Source: Naegleria gruberi
Taxonomy: Eukaryota
NCBI GenBank assembly: GCA_000004985.1
Contig: GG738874.1
Reading direction: 5' to 3' (one strand)
DNA: 64,000 nt
Below the pieces are notes generated by a model that had not been told where the DNA came from, did not search any database, and saw only the letters and a list, made by a program, of their open reading frames with translations. Below, in pieces: positions 34,788-46,100 of the stretch; the stretch's first letter is position 1; every line of letters starts with the position of its first letter. The translations under genes and the position numbers were made by a program.

Positions 34788-34799
34788 CCGCCCGGGCGG
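34788..34799. promoter_or_regulatory. 12-bp perfect GC palindrome CCGCCCGGGCGG ~45 bp upstream of the cyclase copy-1 ATG
   Basis: An isolated GC-rich palindrome containing a SmaI site in an otherwise AT-rich 5' flank. It is absent upstream of copy 2. Confidence 0.2.
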
Positions 34800-36125
34800 G
34801 TAAGTTGTCAGAAGTTTCAGATTCGAATAACTTCAACTATACTTCTGTACTGAACTTTAGATGTTGAACATAATTTCCTTCTTGAAATTTGTTTAGTTCG
34901 ACCGATAGTGAAATTACTTTGTTGAGATAAGTTCGCAATGTCTATCAGAATTACATCATGAGATTTCAAATAAAAAAATTATTCGAAATATGGTTATATC
35001 ATTCACTAGAATAAATGTTTGTAAACTATATAGTTTGATTTCTAGTGATTGGTCATTAATTTTGCAACCAGGTTCATGCTCCTTATGATAAGTTTACTTT
35101 CGAATATATACAATTACAAATGAAAATGGAAATAAAAATTCTCAATTAATTTTGATGTTTGTAATTAATGACAGGTTTTGAGATAATGGTGGGCTAGGAA
35201 CATAACGAAAATGATTTTCTTGCCGTTTGCCCTCTTGATGTGTTTTGAAGCCAAGCGTCATCTTTTAAATTTACTTTAATGTCCAACATTTTAGAGGATA
35301 GAACGTTTATTCCCACTAGTAATATCACCATCAAGAGTTCTTCATCAGATATCTCGAAATCCTTTCTTTTGTTCTTCAAGTTCATGTTTGATTTTTTCTT
35401 GCCTTTTTGAGAGTTGTTTTTGGTTTTTTCAATTTTTTCATATTTATTTTCAAAGGCCACATCAAAGCATCGAAGGAGATTGGCTTCACACAAGATTTTA
35501 AGCAATTTGGAAATACAGGTAAAGTGCTTTATTTTGAAACATCACAAAAAATCAAACAACAATCTTTTAATAATTAGCTGAAGATTGAGCCTTTTCAAAT
35601 AATATCAAGTCTTTATTCAATAATTGCCAAATCCTTACAATTTTTATCTCACGATCTGGCAAACATTGAAATTGTTAATTAATCATGATCGATTGTTTAA
35701 TAGATTGATCAAAAAACAGATTGATTAGATGGATTTTAATCGATCAACATGGATGAGATGGAAAAATGATTGGTGTTGAGTGAAAAAATTGTTTCTGGAA
35801 AACTGCAATATTCATCGAGTGGCAAATTTCACTTCATGGTGAATTTTCCAACATGGCAAAGTTCATGTTTAAGAGATTTTCTCCTAAGGTCCATATAAGG
35901 GTTGTGGCATTATCTTCCTCACGAATAAAATCATCAAAGTTGAGCATATATTTTTTCAACTGTAAAAGGGGAATAATGTGTTCAATGTAACCTCATTGAG
36001 CACTGAAACAGAAAGTTTATTCTCTTAATGTACAAATTCAGCGTAAAACGATTTTCTTTGCTTGTATTAATATTATAATAAAATTATAGGAATATATAAA
36101 TATTATTTTAATCTTTCAACATGGT

Positions 36126-39100
36126 TTAGTTGGAGAAAAGTATTGGCATGCTTCTATTGTTTGAGTAGAGGAGTGGATTGTTTTTCAAGTGTCTGTGATG
36201 TTTGTCATTGAGCAAATAGGTCTTGACAATTCCTTTTCCTTTCACATCAACTTCTCTCTCTTCAAAATCATATCCCAAATCGAAAACTCTTTCATAAGTT
36301 GATCTGGAGATTTGAATTCGTCCATTCTTTGAAGTGGATTCCATTCGAGAAGCAATATTGATGGTATCACCCCATAAATCGTAGGCAAACTTTTTCATTC
36401 CAATCACTCCAGCAACAACTGATCCTGTATTAATTCCAACTCGAATATTGATTTGTTGAGGTGGTGGAGAGGATGATTTCACCTTTAATTCATTATCTGT
36501 TTCCTTAACAACCTCCTCTTGTTCATTATTATCAACAGATTTGAGTCGATTTGAATTGAAATCATTTATCACTCCAAATGTTTCAATTGCAAATTTTAAA
36601 ACTCTTTCAGGATGATCACTTGTTGCAGCTCCAGGTAATCCACCCACTGCAAAATAGGCATCTCCAATTGTTTTGATCTTTTCCAAATCATATTTTTCAG
36701 TCAACATGTCAAATCCATTCACAATTGAGTTCAACATCATGACTAAATCAGTGGCTTGCATATTACTACTTATGGCTGTAAATCCAACCATATCTGAAAA
36801 GAAACAAGTGATATCATCCAATTTTTCAGCAATGAATGTATGTCCACTTTTCAATCTTGAAGCAACACTTGTTGGTAAAATGTTCTTCAAGAGATTATCC
36901 GATTTTTGTTTCTCTTCACTCAATAAGGCATTTTGTTTCTTTTCAGAAGTTAAATCTTTCATTGTGACAATCAGAATATTTCTCATTGAACCTCTTTCAC
37001 CTTGAATTTTGACAGTGAAGAGTGTTATTTTGCAAGGGAATTTGGTTTGATTTCTTCTGATACAATCCAATTCAACAATTTCACATTTTCCATTTCCTTC
37101 TTCACTCTCCCTCTTCACTTGTTTCAATTGAACATCTTCATCATCTTGATCTTCATCCTTCTTATCAGAATCTTTTCCACTCTTTTTGAAAATATACTTG
37201 ATACACTTGTTGAGTTCATCCTGTTGAGTGGATTCAACTAATTGTGAAATTGAAGTTCCCAAAACATCAATTGGTTTCATTCCAAACATTTTCAATGCAG
37301 AATAATTCAAAAATTCAATTTCATGATTCTCATTACAAATGATACTTCCTTCAACACTTGAATTGAAAACATTCTTCAAATCAGAAATGGATGAAGTTGA
37401 AGATGATGATGACTTGTCCTTCTTTTTCATTCTTGTACTCAATGAATTGGTATTATTATAGAGGATAAAGTTTCTCAATGTTTCATTCCTCTCTAAAACT
37501 TCAACTGGAATATATTGTGACATTAATCGAAGTGAATGTAATTGACCACAATAGTTCATATAGATAGTGTAAAGCAGACTAAATATAACCAAACATGCCA
37601 AAAATTCTAAACAAGCAAAAACAATGGTAACACCAAACGAAGGATTTGATGATGAGCTCACAAATACCTTCATAAATGTAACGAACTTGTTGGTAAGAGC
37701 TACACTCATTCTCAACGCTTGGTTATGTGATAGAGCAACATCTGTTGGTGCAAGAAGAATACCTTTTGGAGTTGCTGCCTTTTGAAGAGTGTTTTGCTTT
37801 CTAGATTCGGTCAATAATTGAGGAATCAATGTCAAATAATCATTTAAAAGTGTTTCCAAACCAACACAATACATCATATATGATTCCATTGTTAATGTAA
37901 TATTATTCTTTTGAAGGTAGTCAGAGCAATTAGATGATACACCTTGAGTAACAAGAGAGTCAACATCAGAATATCTTCCCAATATCTGGTCATCTCCAGT
38001 GTTTGGATCACCATAAATTAGTCTTGACCACATACTACTAAGAGTTGGAAGTCTTGTTGTCACTCTGTCAAAGAGTACATTGAAATTTGTAACAGTATTG
38101 AATAATCTTGGATCACCATATGTAACATTTCTTTTGAAATTCACTGCCAATGGAGAAATTTTGTTAGAAATTTCACTTGCAACAAAGTAGGTCATTACTT
38201 CTCCACTGTTAAATCCAATTCTTTGAATAATTGTGGCAGCTTGAATACTCAATCTTACATTCTTCATAACCTTAGAACTGCTGAAAGCGTTGGCATTACT
38301 TTCATAATAGAACATGGCAATACTTGCACATGTAAATAAGGTAATCAGAGAAATCAAAATAATTGTTGAAATGTTTGATTTCATTTTGGCAAGTGAGAAA
38401 GTATTGTCAGCATTATTGGCTGTATCAGTTGTTTTGTTGTTGAGAGAGTGAAATATTTTTCCAATCACATCTTTGCTCAAATGTTTTTCATATATTTTCA
38501 CAATTTTTGTCATATGACTCATTTCAAATATCATATAACTCAAATAAGCAATACTGATCAAAAAGAATGCAACTAGAACTGCACCTGTATAATACACCAA
38601 ATTTTGAGTTGACAATTCAATTGAATCAATAGATCTATCAAGATAACGGGCACAAAAAGTATCAAAAGCCAGTGAAGCAGTTTCTCTATTCGCAAACAGG
38701 AACATGAAATTGTAATTCTTCAATGGATTGAAGTACTTGTCGCTAGCAACTAAATCCAACAACGCTGATTGAGTAAATGCATCATTGTTGTTATTGGAAA
38801 TATTTTGTAGTAAATCCCAAGGAAATTCATTGATTACATTCTGAGTATATTTGATCATATTGTTTGTAAATTCAAGAATTGAAACATTCTTTTGAGATGA
38901 ACTTCCCAAATCGTATATCGTGACATCTTTCGAATTTTCATTTGGATAATTGATGGTAAAATTATTAATAGAATAATCTGAATATACAGTCTCATCAAAT
39001 GAATTACTCTGACCTAATTTGATCAAAGTCTTATAAACCTCTAGCTCTTCTTTAAGTCTTTTCAAAGAGTTGGCAAAGTAATTAGGTTTTGTAGAAATAA

Positions 39101-41386
39101 TATTTCCCTGATAACTAATAGGCCATGGATACTCAAATAACATGAAGGTATTTACAAAATTTTGAGTGGCTCTAACATTTCTTAGAGCAGAATAAGGAGA
39201 AATACTTGGTTGACAAACTTGTTGAAGGAAAGGCACTCCTGAAATTACTGCATCAGAGTAGTATGAACTCAGTGCTATGGAAGAAACAACAAGGCACAAG
39301 CAAACAAATATGTAGAGTAAACTAATTATAACTGTTGTAGAATTTGACCTTTGTGATGAAATTGCATTCTTGAAAATTTGCTCTTTCCTCATCTTGGGAT
39401 TTTCAAATGCACTTTCCATATCATCTTCATTTGGTTGTTCTTCTACTGGGAATAAGTATGGTTCAAAGTTGGCCTTGGTTTCGTGGAGAGGCATTACACG
39501 GTTAGTTCCTCTCTTATTACTAGTAGCATTACTAAACACAGAAGCTCTTCTCTTCTTTTTCATTTCCTCTTCTTCAATGGAGGAAGCTTCATTGTAATAG
39601 TATTGTGCTAATTCTGAATTGAATTCAAAATTTTCCAAAAAATTTCCATATAATCTGAGAAGTGTCTTGTTATTCTTATTGTTGAAAATTAAATTTTGCA
39701 ACGTATTTCTGCATTGAGTGGTCAAAGCATAAATGGAACGATTAATCTTTTCAACAGATGAATAATTAATTCTCTCAGAGGCCATTTCTTTCCAAAAGTT
39801 TCTGTGAAGAACCAACAAGTTATTTTGATTCTTTTCTAGAATATCTAATTGAGAGGTTAATTCAAATGAATTGCTTGTTGATTTGGATTTTAAATTGAAT
39901 GATTCAATTTGTTTCATTTTCTCTCTGATTTTAAATTGTTGGAAAATGTTTGGATGTTGTGATGAGGCTCTTTTCAATAAACTCATTGAAAAGACACAAT
40001 TATTTGAATCCAACCATTGTGTTTGAATCAAGAGTGCTGAATAGATTAATATATCAACATTATTGAATGATTTTTGATGAGCTGCTCCTCTTATGAAGGA
40101 CATGGCCAATTCACAATCTTTCAATATTTGATTATTTTCAGTAGTGCTATTATTGTTAGTTGGATGATTTGTTTAGTGTAGAATTGGATAGACATGATTT
40201 GATGAATAATTTCAATAATGATAACTTGTTGAAATCTTCAAACATGTAATATAAATTCATTGCATTCTTTTCAATCAAAGTAAGTGGAGAAATGGTTCCA
40301 TAATTTTCATGACCTTCAATTCCATTCAATATCATATTTCTTGCTCTCTTCAATTGTAAACGTTGATAAAATTCCATTGTCAATGTGCCAATAGTAAAGA
40401 AAATGAAAATAAGAGCAAGTGTCATTAATGAAAATGCAATACCCATCATTTCAAAATTGGCCCTCTCAGAATCTGAAGATGAAGATGTTATGGATGATGA
40501 ATTGACCAATGAAGAAACGAGTGAACCAATACTCGCACCAACTCTTGCTGACATTACACCAAAATACAATGAATTTTCAAATCTTCTCAAACATGGCATG
40601 CTATAGAACACCAAAACACAACAAATCAGTGAAACTAGTAAATGAAAAATTGCTGAAATGAAAATATAATTGGTTGGTAATAATTGAGACAATACCAATT
40701 GTAAAATACTCAAAGAACCAATCAAACTGAAAATGAATGGATTTTCAATCAACATTGGAATTTGAGATTCTGGATTTGAATTGCAAGTTATGAATTCTGA
40801 TAATGGAAAGACAAAAGTGACCAAAACTAAAATTGAAATAATTGAGAGAATTAACATGATCAAATTGGTGGTATCATCAATACATGCTTGATTAGGATAT
40901 CTCATCAATGAAGCAATCATATCAGTAGATTCATCAGCATCATTCATCATCATTGTTGAACTACAATTGAGAAAACCAAGCAACACATAAACAAACAACA
41001 ATGAGAATGGTTTTACAATCAAAGCACAATAAAAAGTGAAGTATTTCAATTTCTTATAATACTTGTTCTGTTTGTTGGCTAATCGAATTGAAATTACATA
41101 AAAAACAGCCATTATTAATATAATTGCAATAAAAACAGAACCAATTCCAACAACACCCAAATAAGGAATCATTCTTGCAATCAAAGTCGTTGGAAAATTA
41201 AACGCATCAATTAAAATATAACTTCCAACTTTTCCCCAATTAAAATCTGAAAGAGTTGTCATGAAAATTAAACACCACATCCAATAAACATTCACAAATA
41301 AAAAGATTGAATAATTTTTCCATCCCTTCTTTGCCTCACAATCTTGTAAAGTGATAATACTATTGGTGAGCAATATCTTTGCCTGA
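36126..41386 (-). pseudogene. PAS-domain nucleotidyl cyclase copy 2 (tandem paralog), disrupted as assembled. Body 36126..40124 plus N-terminal portion 40156..41386, separated by a frameshift
   Basis: The 3' half (36126-~38850) is nearly identical to copy 1 while the middle is divergent. Relative to copy 1, 5 nt (attat) are missing at ~40129 in an Asn-rich tract, creating ...LNKSSN* and then a frame change. The 5' coding continues into the N gap at 41387. Confidence 0.5.
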
Positions 41387-41436
41387 NNNNNNNNNNNNNN
41401 NNNNNNNNNNNNNNNNNNNNNNNNNNNNNNNNNNNN
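41387..41436. other. Assembly gap (50 N)
   Basis: Run of n characters. Confidence 0.95.
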
Positions 41437-42507
41437 GTGGCAAATGTTGAGAGTGTACCATTAATATCAATCTTTTTGATAGACCAAGTTGGATTGTTTT
41501 CAACAAAGTAAATATCACCAGTCATTAACGAAACTGTGACTGTGTTTGGATTGGTCAACTTGACAGTATTAGCTGGAAGGCCATCAGTGTTTTCATTAGA
41601 TGATGAACCTGATGCTGCAACACCAGCAATGGTTGATACAACAGTAGGAATGTTATCGAAAACTTCTTGTTCAGGATCAACAATAACACCAGTCCAATTA
41701 TAAGTTAATTTTCTGATTAAATTATTTGCTCTGTCAATAATGATCAAATCTTGAGGTCTTTCATCTTCTACCAAATTTACAAGAGGTGTAGGAATTGTTC
41801 TAGGATAGAATGCAATAGCGTGTGGATGACCGATTGGTGTATCAAGTCCATTATAGCCATCACCAAGATTACCTCCAGCGATGGTTTCCAATTTGTATGT
41901 AGGAGCCAAGTTGTTATCTGAAGATGTTGCATTGATGGTAGTAGTACTAAACAACAACATCATCAAGAGAAGGCTACTAATAAATAAAGATAATAAATAT
42001 TCGTGATGAGAAAAAGATTTTACTCTCCCTGCAGAGTCGAAAAACCTCTTCATTTTTGTGCCTTTTTTTCTTCTTGTCGATTCACTCTACTTGTGCATAA
42101 GAGAAGAATGTTTGATGGATGGGAAGTAATTTTGGAAGGGCAAGGGCAGAAAGTATGTTGTTTGATGCTAAGAAGTGATCTCCGCATTTTGATTTTGTTG
42201 GAGTAAATTTAATTGGCTGATTATTTTTTGTTAGTATTCTTTTTGTCTTCCATTTACGAGGAAGATCTTCATGAAAGATTATTTATCTGATATTAAAGAT
42301 AGCATTGTGATGAACAGATGAAAGCAACACATTTTTATTTTTTTTAAATTATGAATTGTTTATTCTTGTAACGGTAACTTTTACTGCCCGCCACGTTTAA
42401 AAAATGAAAAGAAAGCAAGAAACAAAAAACACCAAGAAATTATCTTCATCATCCAATGAAGGACCAACAAAAAAGTTGAAGCAATCCAACCTTCTCTCCC
42501 TATTCAA
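41437..42507. repeat. 1.07-kb block duplicating 48065-49147 (5' end of the NHL/EGF gene, intergenic region, first 104 nt of the AP-endonuclease gene), inserted between two 50-N gaps inside cyclase copy 2
   Basis: Fragment ORF 41292-42053(-) matches the first 250 aa of the 43142-48688 protein. It differs slightly: an extra Ser, V vs I, and DNA variants in the upstream region. 42404-42507 matches 49038-49141. The cyclase sequence at 41381-41386 (gcctga) continues seamlessly at 42558 when aligned with copy 1 (34545-34555). Confidence 0.7.
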
Positions 42508-42557
42508 NNNNNNNNNNNNNNNNNNNNNNNNNNNNNNNNNNNNNNNNNNNNNNNNNN
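42508..42557. other. Assembly gap (50 N); single N at 42581
   Basis: Run of n characters. Confidence 0.95.
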
Positions 42558-42757
42558 GCCTGATAAGTGATTGAATTAGTNTCGGTTGTGGTTGTATGAG
42601 TGTTGGCACTGTGCAAACTTTCAGAACCAACATGAGATGGTGTTGGTTGAAGCATTGAGGAAGAGAAAGCTACGTTGGTATTTTGTTCGAGCAGGTTATT
42701 GGAAGAGGAGGATGAACCATTACTTGCATTAGGTACTGCAAGTAAGTCTTCGTTCAT
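42558..42757 (-). pseudogene. 5' coding end of cyclase copy 2 (MNEDLLAVPNASNG...LQPTPSHVGSESLHSANTHTTTT.TNSITYQ), separated from the rest of the gene by the inserted block
   Basis: True ATG at 42757. Downstream sequence is identical to the copy-1 N-terminal region from QPTPSHVGSE onward. It ends at the gap. Confidence 0.5.
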
Positions 42758-43141
42758 TGTGTTGTTTTTCTTTTGATTTGATGAAGTGGAAGGAATTTGC
42801 TTTGAAAGAAAAGATGATGAAATCCAAAAATGGTAGTAAAACTGAGTTTGTGCGAAACCTGTAGAAAGCTTTCAAATCGAATTTATGTTCCAATATGGGT
42901 TAGATTGGTTCTATAGGTAAATTCTATTTCGTGTATGGTATTGTTGTACAGGGATATTTCCTTTTGTATTTGCCCTACCAACCCATCATGAAAACGCAGT
43001 TTCATGTTGTACTGTTTGCCCTGATGATGGCGCCAGACATTACAAGACTTCAATTTTGTATTACATTTGAAACGTATTGATGCAACAAGGTTTTTATTTT
43101 ACAATATACGTATAATTGTAAAATAGAAATTTATAAATCTC

Positions 43142-46100
43142 TTAAGGTTCTTCAGTGAGTGTTGCGTAATTTCCATTTCCATCATTTTGATTTTGTGGAG
43201 CGGTTTGTCCTTGTTTCTTCTTGTAAATGTAATATCCAACACCAATGACAATTGCAATAATTATCATCAAAATAAATCCTACAAGAACAACGATATATGA
43301 TTTGTCACCCTTTTCTGTAATAATTGTTCCAGCACTACTTGATGTTGGCTTATTGCTTGATGTGCTTGGTTTGTTTGGGGATGGAGTTGGTTTGTTTGGA
43401 GATGGAGTTGGTTGAGGAGTCTTACCACTGCTAGATGTTGGTGGAGTTATTGGTTGAGCAATAAGGGCAAAAGATGAAGGCCAATGAGTAGTTGAGCATA
43501 CAACTGAATAAGTGCTTGCTGTTGCTCCTTGTTGTGAACTCAAAATGGTGGTTGTAACTCTGTCAGTCTTCCAAGAATCAGTGGCTTTATCGTAATATGC
43601 ACAAGCAATTCTGGACAAGGCGACACTATGTCTTGCTAATGCAGATGTTGGAACGACTATATTGTGCATGTTTAAAAGGATTGGATCAGGAAGGTTATTT
43701 AATTCTACTCTTTGGTTGTTTCCTTGTTGAGTAATGATGAATGTAACAGCAGGGCTCAATACTTTAGAGTTAACACTTCTAATATCAGAAACTGATGAGG
43801 CCATATTGAGTGGAATCTCTTCATCTCTGAGAATAGTTTCCAAATAATCAGAAATTGATGCAGGAAGAGTAATGAAAATATCCTTGAATTTGGTAAATGT
43901 AATATTAAAGCTCTCCATATCTTCCATATCTTGTACGTCTATAATGTTTGTTTCTGTCAAATTCTTCAAAGCAGTATTGTTTACAACAGAACAGAAGAGG
44001 GAAGTATCTCCTGGTGGACAAATAATATTTGTAGCACATTGAGGACCATTATATCCATAAGCACATTGACATGAATCAGGAGATTCACAAACACCATTTC
44101 CAGAACATACATTAGGATCAGAATAATGAATACCATAACAATAGTAATTCTCACAATTATTACCAGAGAATCCACTTGTGCAATTACACTTGTTTGGAGA
44201 TGAACAAATACCATTACCTGAACAAACTTGAGGATCATTCTTATCCAAGCCATTACAAGAGAAGCTTTCACAATTTTCTCCTTCATATCCAAGAACACAA
44301 GTACAATTATTTCCAGATGAGCAAACACCATGACCTGAGCACACATTGGTATCGTTTGAAGGAATACCATGGCATTTGAATGCTTCACAAGTGTGTCCAT
44401 AGTATGGTTCAGTACATTCACAGAGGTCAGGTTTTGAACAAACACCCTTTGATGAACATACTTGTGTATCATTGTGCATAATTCCAAAGCAGTCAAAATG
44501 TTCACAAACATTTCCGTAATATCCAGCTTGACATTCACACTTGTCTACAGATTTGCAAATACCATTACCAGAGCATACTTGCTTGTTAGAATTGAGTACA
44601 CCAAAGCATTGATAATTTTGACATTCCTTTCCTGAATAGCCAGCTTGACAAGTGCAATTGTTTCCAGATGAGCAAACACCATGCCCTGAGCAAACAGTTG
44701 AAGTATTAGTTGAGGAAATACCATAACATGTGAATGATTCACAATTAACTCCTTCATAAGCCTCCTTACATTCACAACGACCTGGGGCTGTGCAGTATCC
44801 ATTTGCTGAACACACATTTGGATCGGCGTGTTCTACTCCATTACAGTAATAAAATTCACAACTAGAACCGTTAAAGTTTTGTTCACATACACACTTATCA
44901 ATTGCTTCACAAACACCATGTGAGGAACATACTTTCTCATCGTTGTGGGCCAATCCAAAGCATCCATAATTCTCGCATTCGTTTCCATAGTATCCAGGTT
45001 TGCAGGTACAATTATTTCCAGATGAACAAACACCATGACCTGAGCAAACAGTGGAGTCATTTGATTGTTTTCCGAAACAGGTAAAATATTGGCAAGTTTC
45101 ACCAGAGTGACCATCGCGGCATTCGCACTTGTTTGGCAAACTACAGAGACCAGCTTGAGAACAAACTGATGGATTTGAGTGCTCTACACCAAAACAGTCA
45201 TAATGCTCGCAATTATTTCCATAATATCCATTGTTACAAGTACAATTATTGGCAGAAATACAAACACCTTGAGATGAACAAACGTTTGGATCTTCCTTTG
45301 GAATTCCATTGCAACCAAATAATTCACATTGCTCGCCATAATAACCTGCGAAACATGAACAATTATTGTAAGACTCACAAACACCATTGCCCGAACAGAC
45401 AGTTTCATTTGAAGGGAGCAAACCAAAGCAAATTCTCGGTAATTTTTCACATTCAGCAGCATCATTAAGTCTGTAACCCTTTGGACACATTGCTGTCAAC
45501 TTTCTAACTCTAGAATTACCACTGTCAGCAATATAAACAGTACTTCCGTCTGGTGAGATATCAGCAAACAATGGTCTGTTCAAAAGTGCGAGCCTTGAAT
45601 CTAAAACAACTTCTCCATTGAATCCATTAATACCAGTTTTACCAGCAATAGTAGAGATGGTAGCGTTTTCTTCCTTAAGATTAAATCTTATAATTGTGCT
45701 ATCTCCATTACAAACAACAATAAAATCACCCTTTGGAGAAACTGAAACAGATCTTGGATAGTAAATAGTATCATCAGATTCAGAACCTTCCAAAACGGTG
45801 GAAATAATTCCGTCATTTGAAACTTTTCTAATTCTATGACTGGCAAAGTCAGAAATGAATACTTCTCCTTCTGGGGATAAGGCAACTGAAGTAGGATTAG
45901 CCAATGAAGCAAGTGTAGCCTTAATATTATCAGCATTATAACCATAATTGTAGTTACCAGCAATAGTTGAAATAACACCCTCTGCGGATACTTTTCTAAT
46001 TCTGTTAGCAACATTATCAGCAATGTAAATTTCACTTGATGCAGAAACAACAAATGAAGATACACTTGACAAAGCAGCTTGTGTAGCCAATAATCCATCA

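Noticed and set aside
35194-35505. 103-aa basic ORF in the intergenic region between the two cyclase copies
   Set aside because: No true ATG context, no recognisable features, and it lies in an AT-rich intergenic region. Possible, but unsupported.
42003-42206. 67-aa ORF MMRKRFYSPCRVEKP... at 42003-42206 and 48638-48841
   Set aside because: Antisense to the start and 5' region of the NHL/EGF gene, and duplicated only because of the inserted block.
43981-45468. Multiple short ORFs on both strands within 43981-47895 (e.g., 43981-44538, 44545-44817, 45133-45468, 45688-46125)
   Set aside because: They lie inside the NHL/EGF gene. The periodic Cys/Gly codon structure of the EGF array and the repeat periodicity generate spurious open frames.
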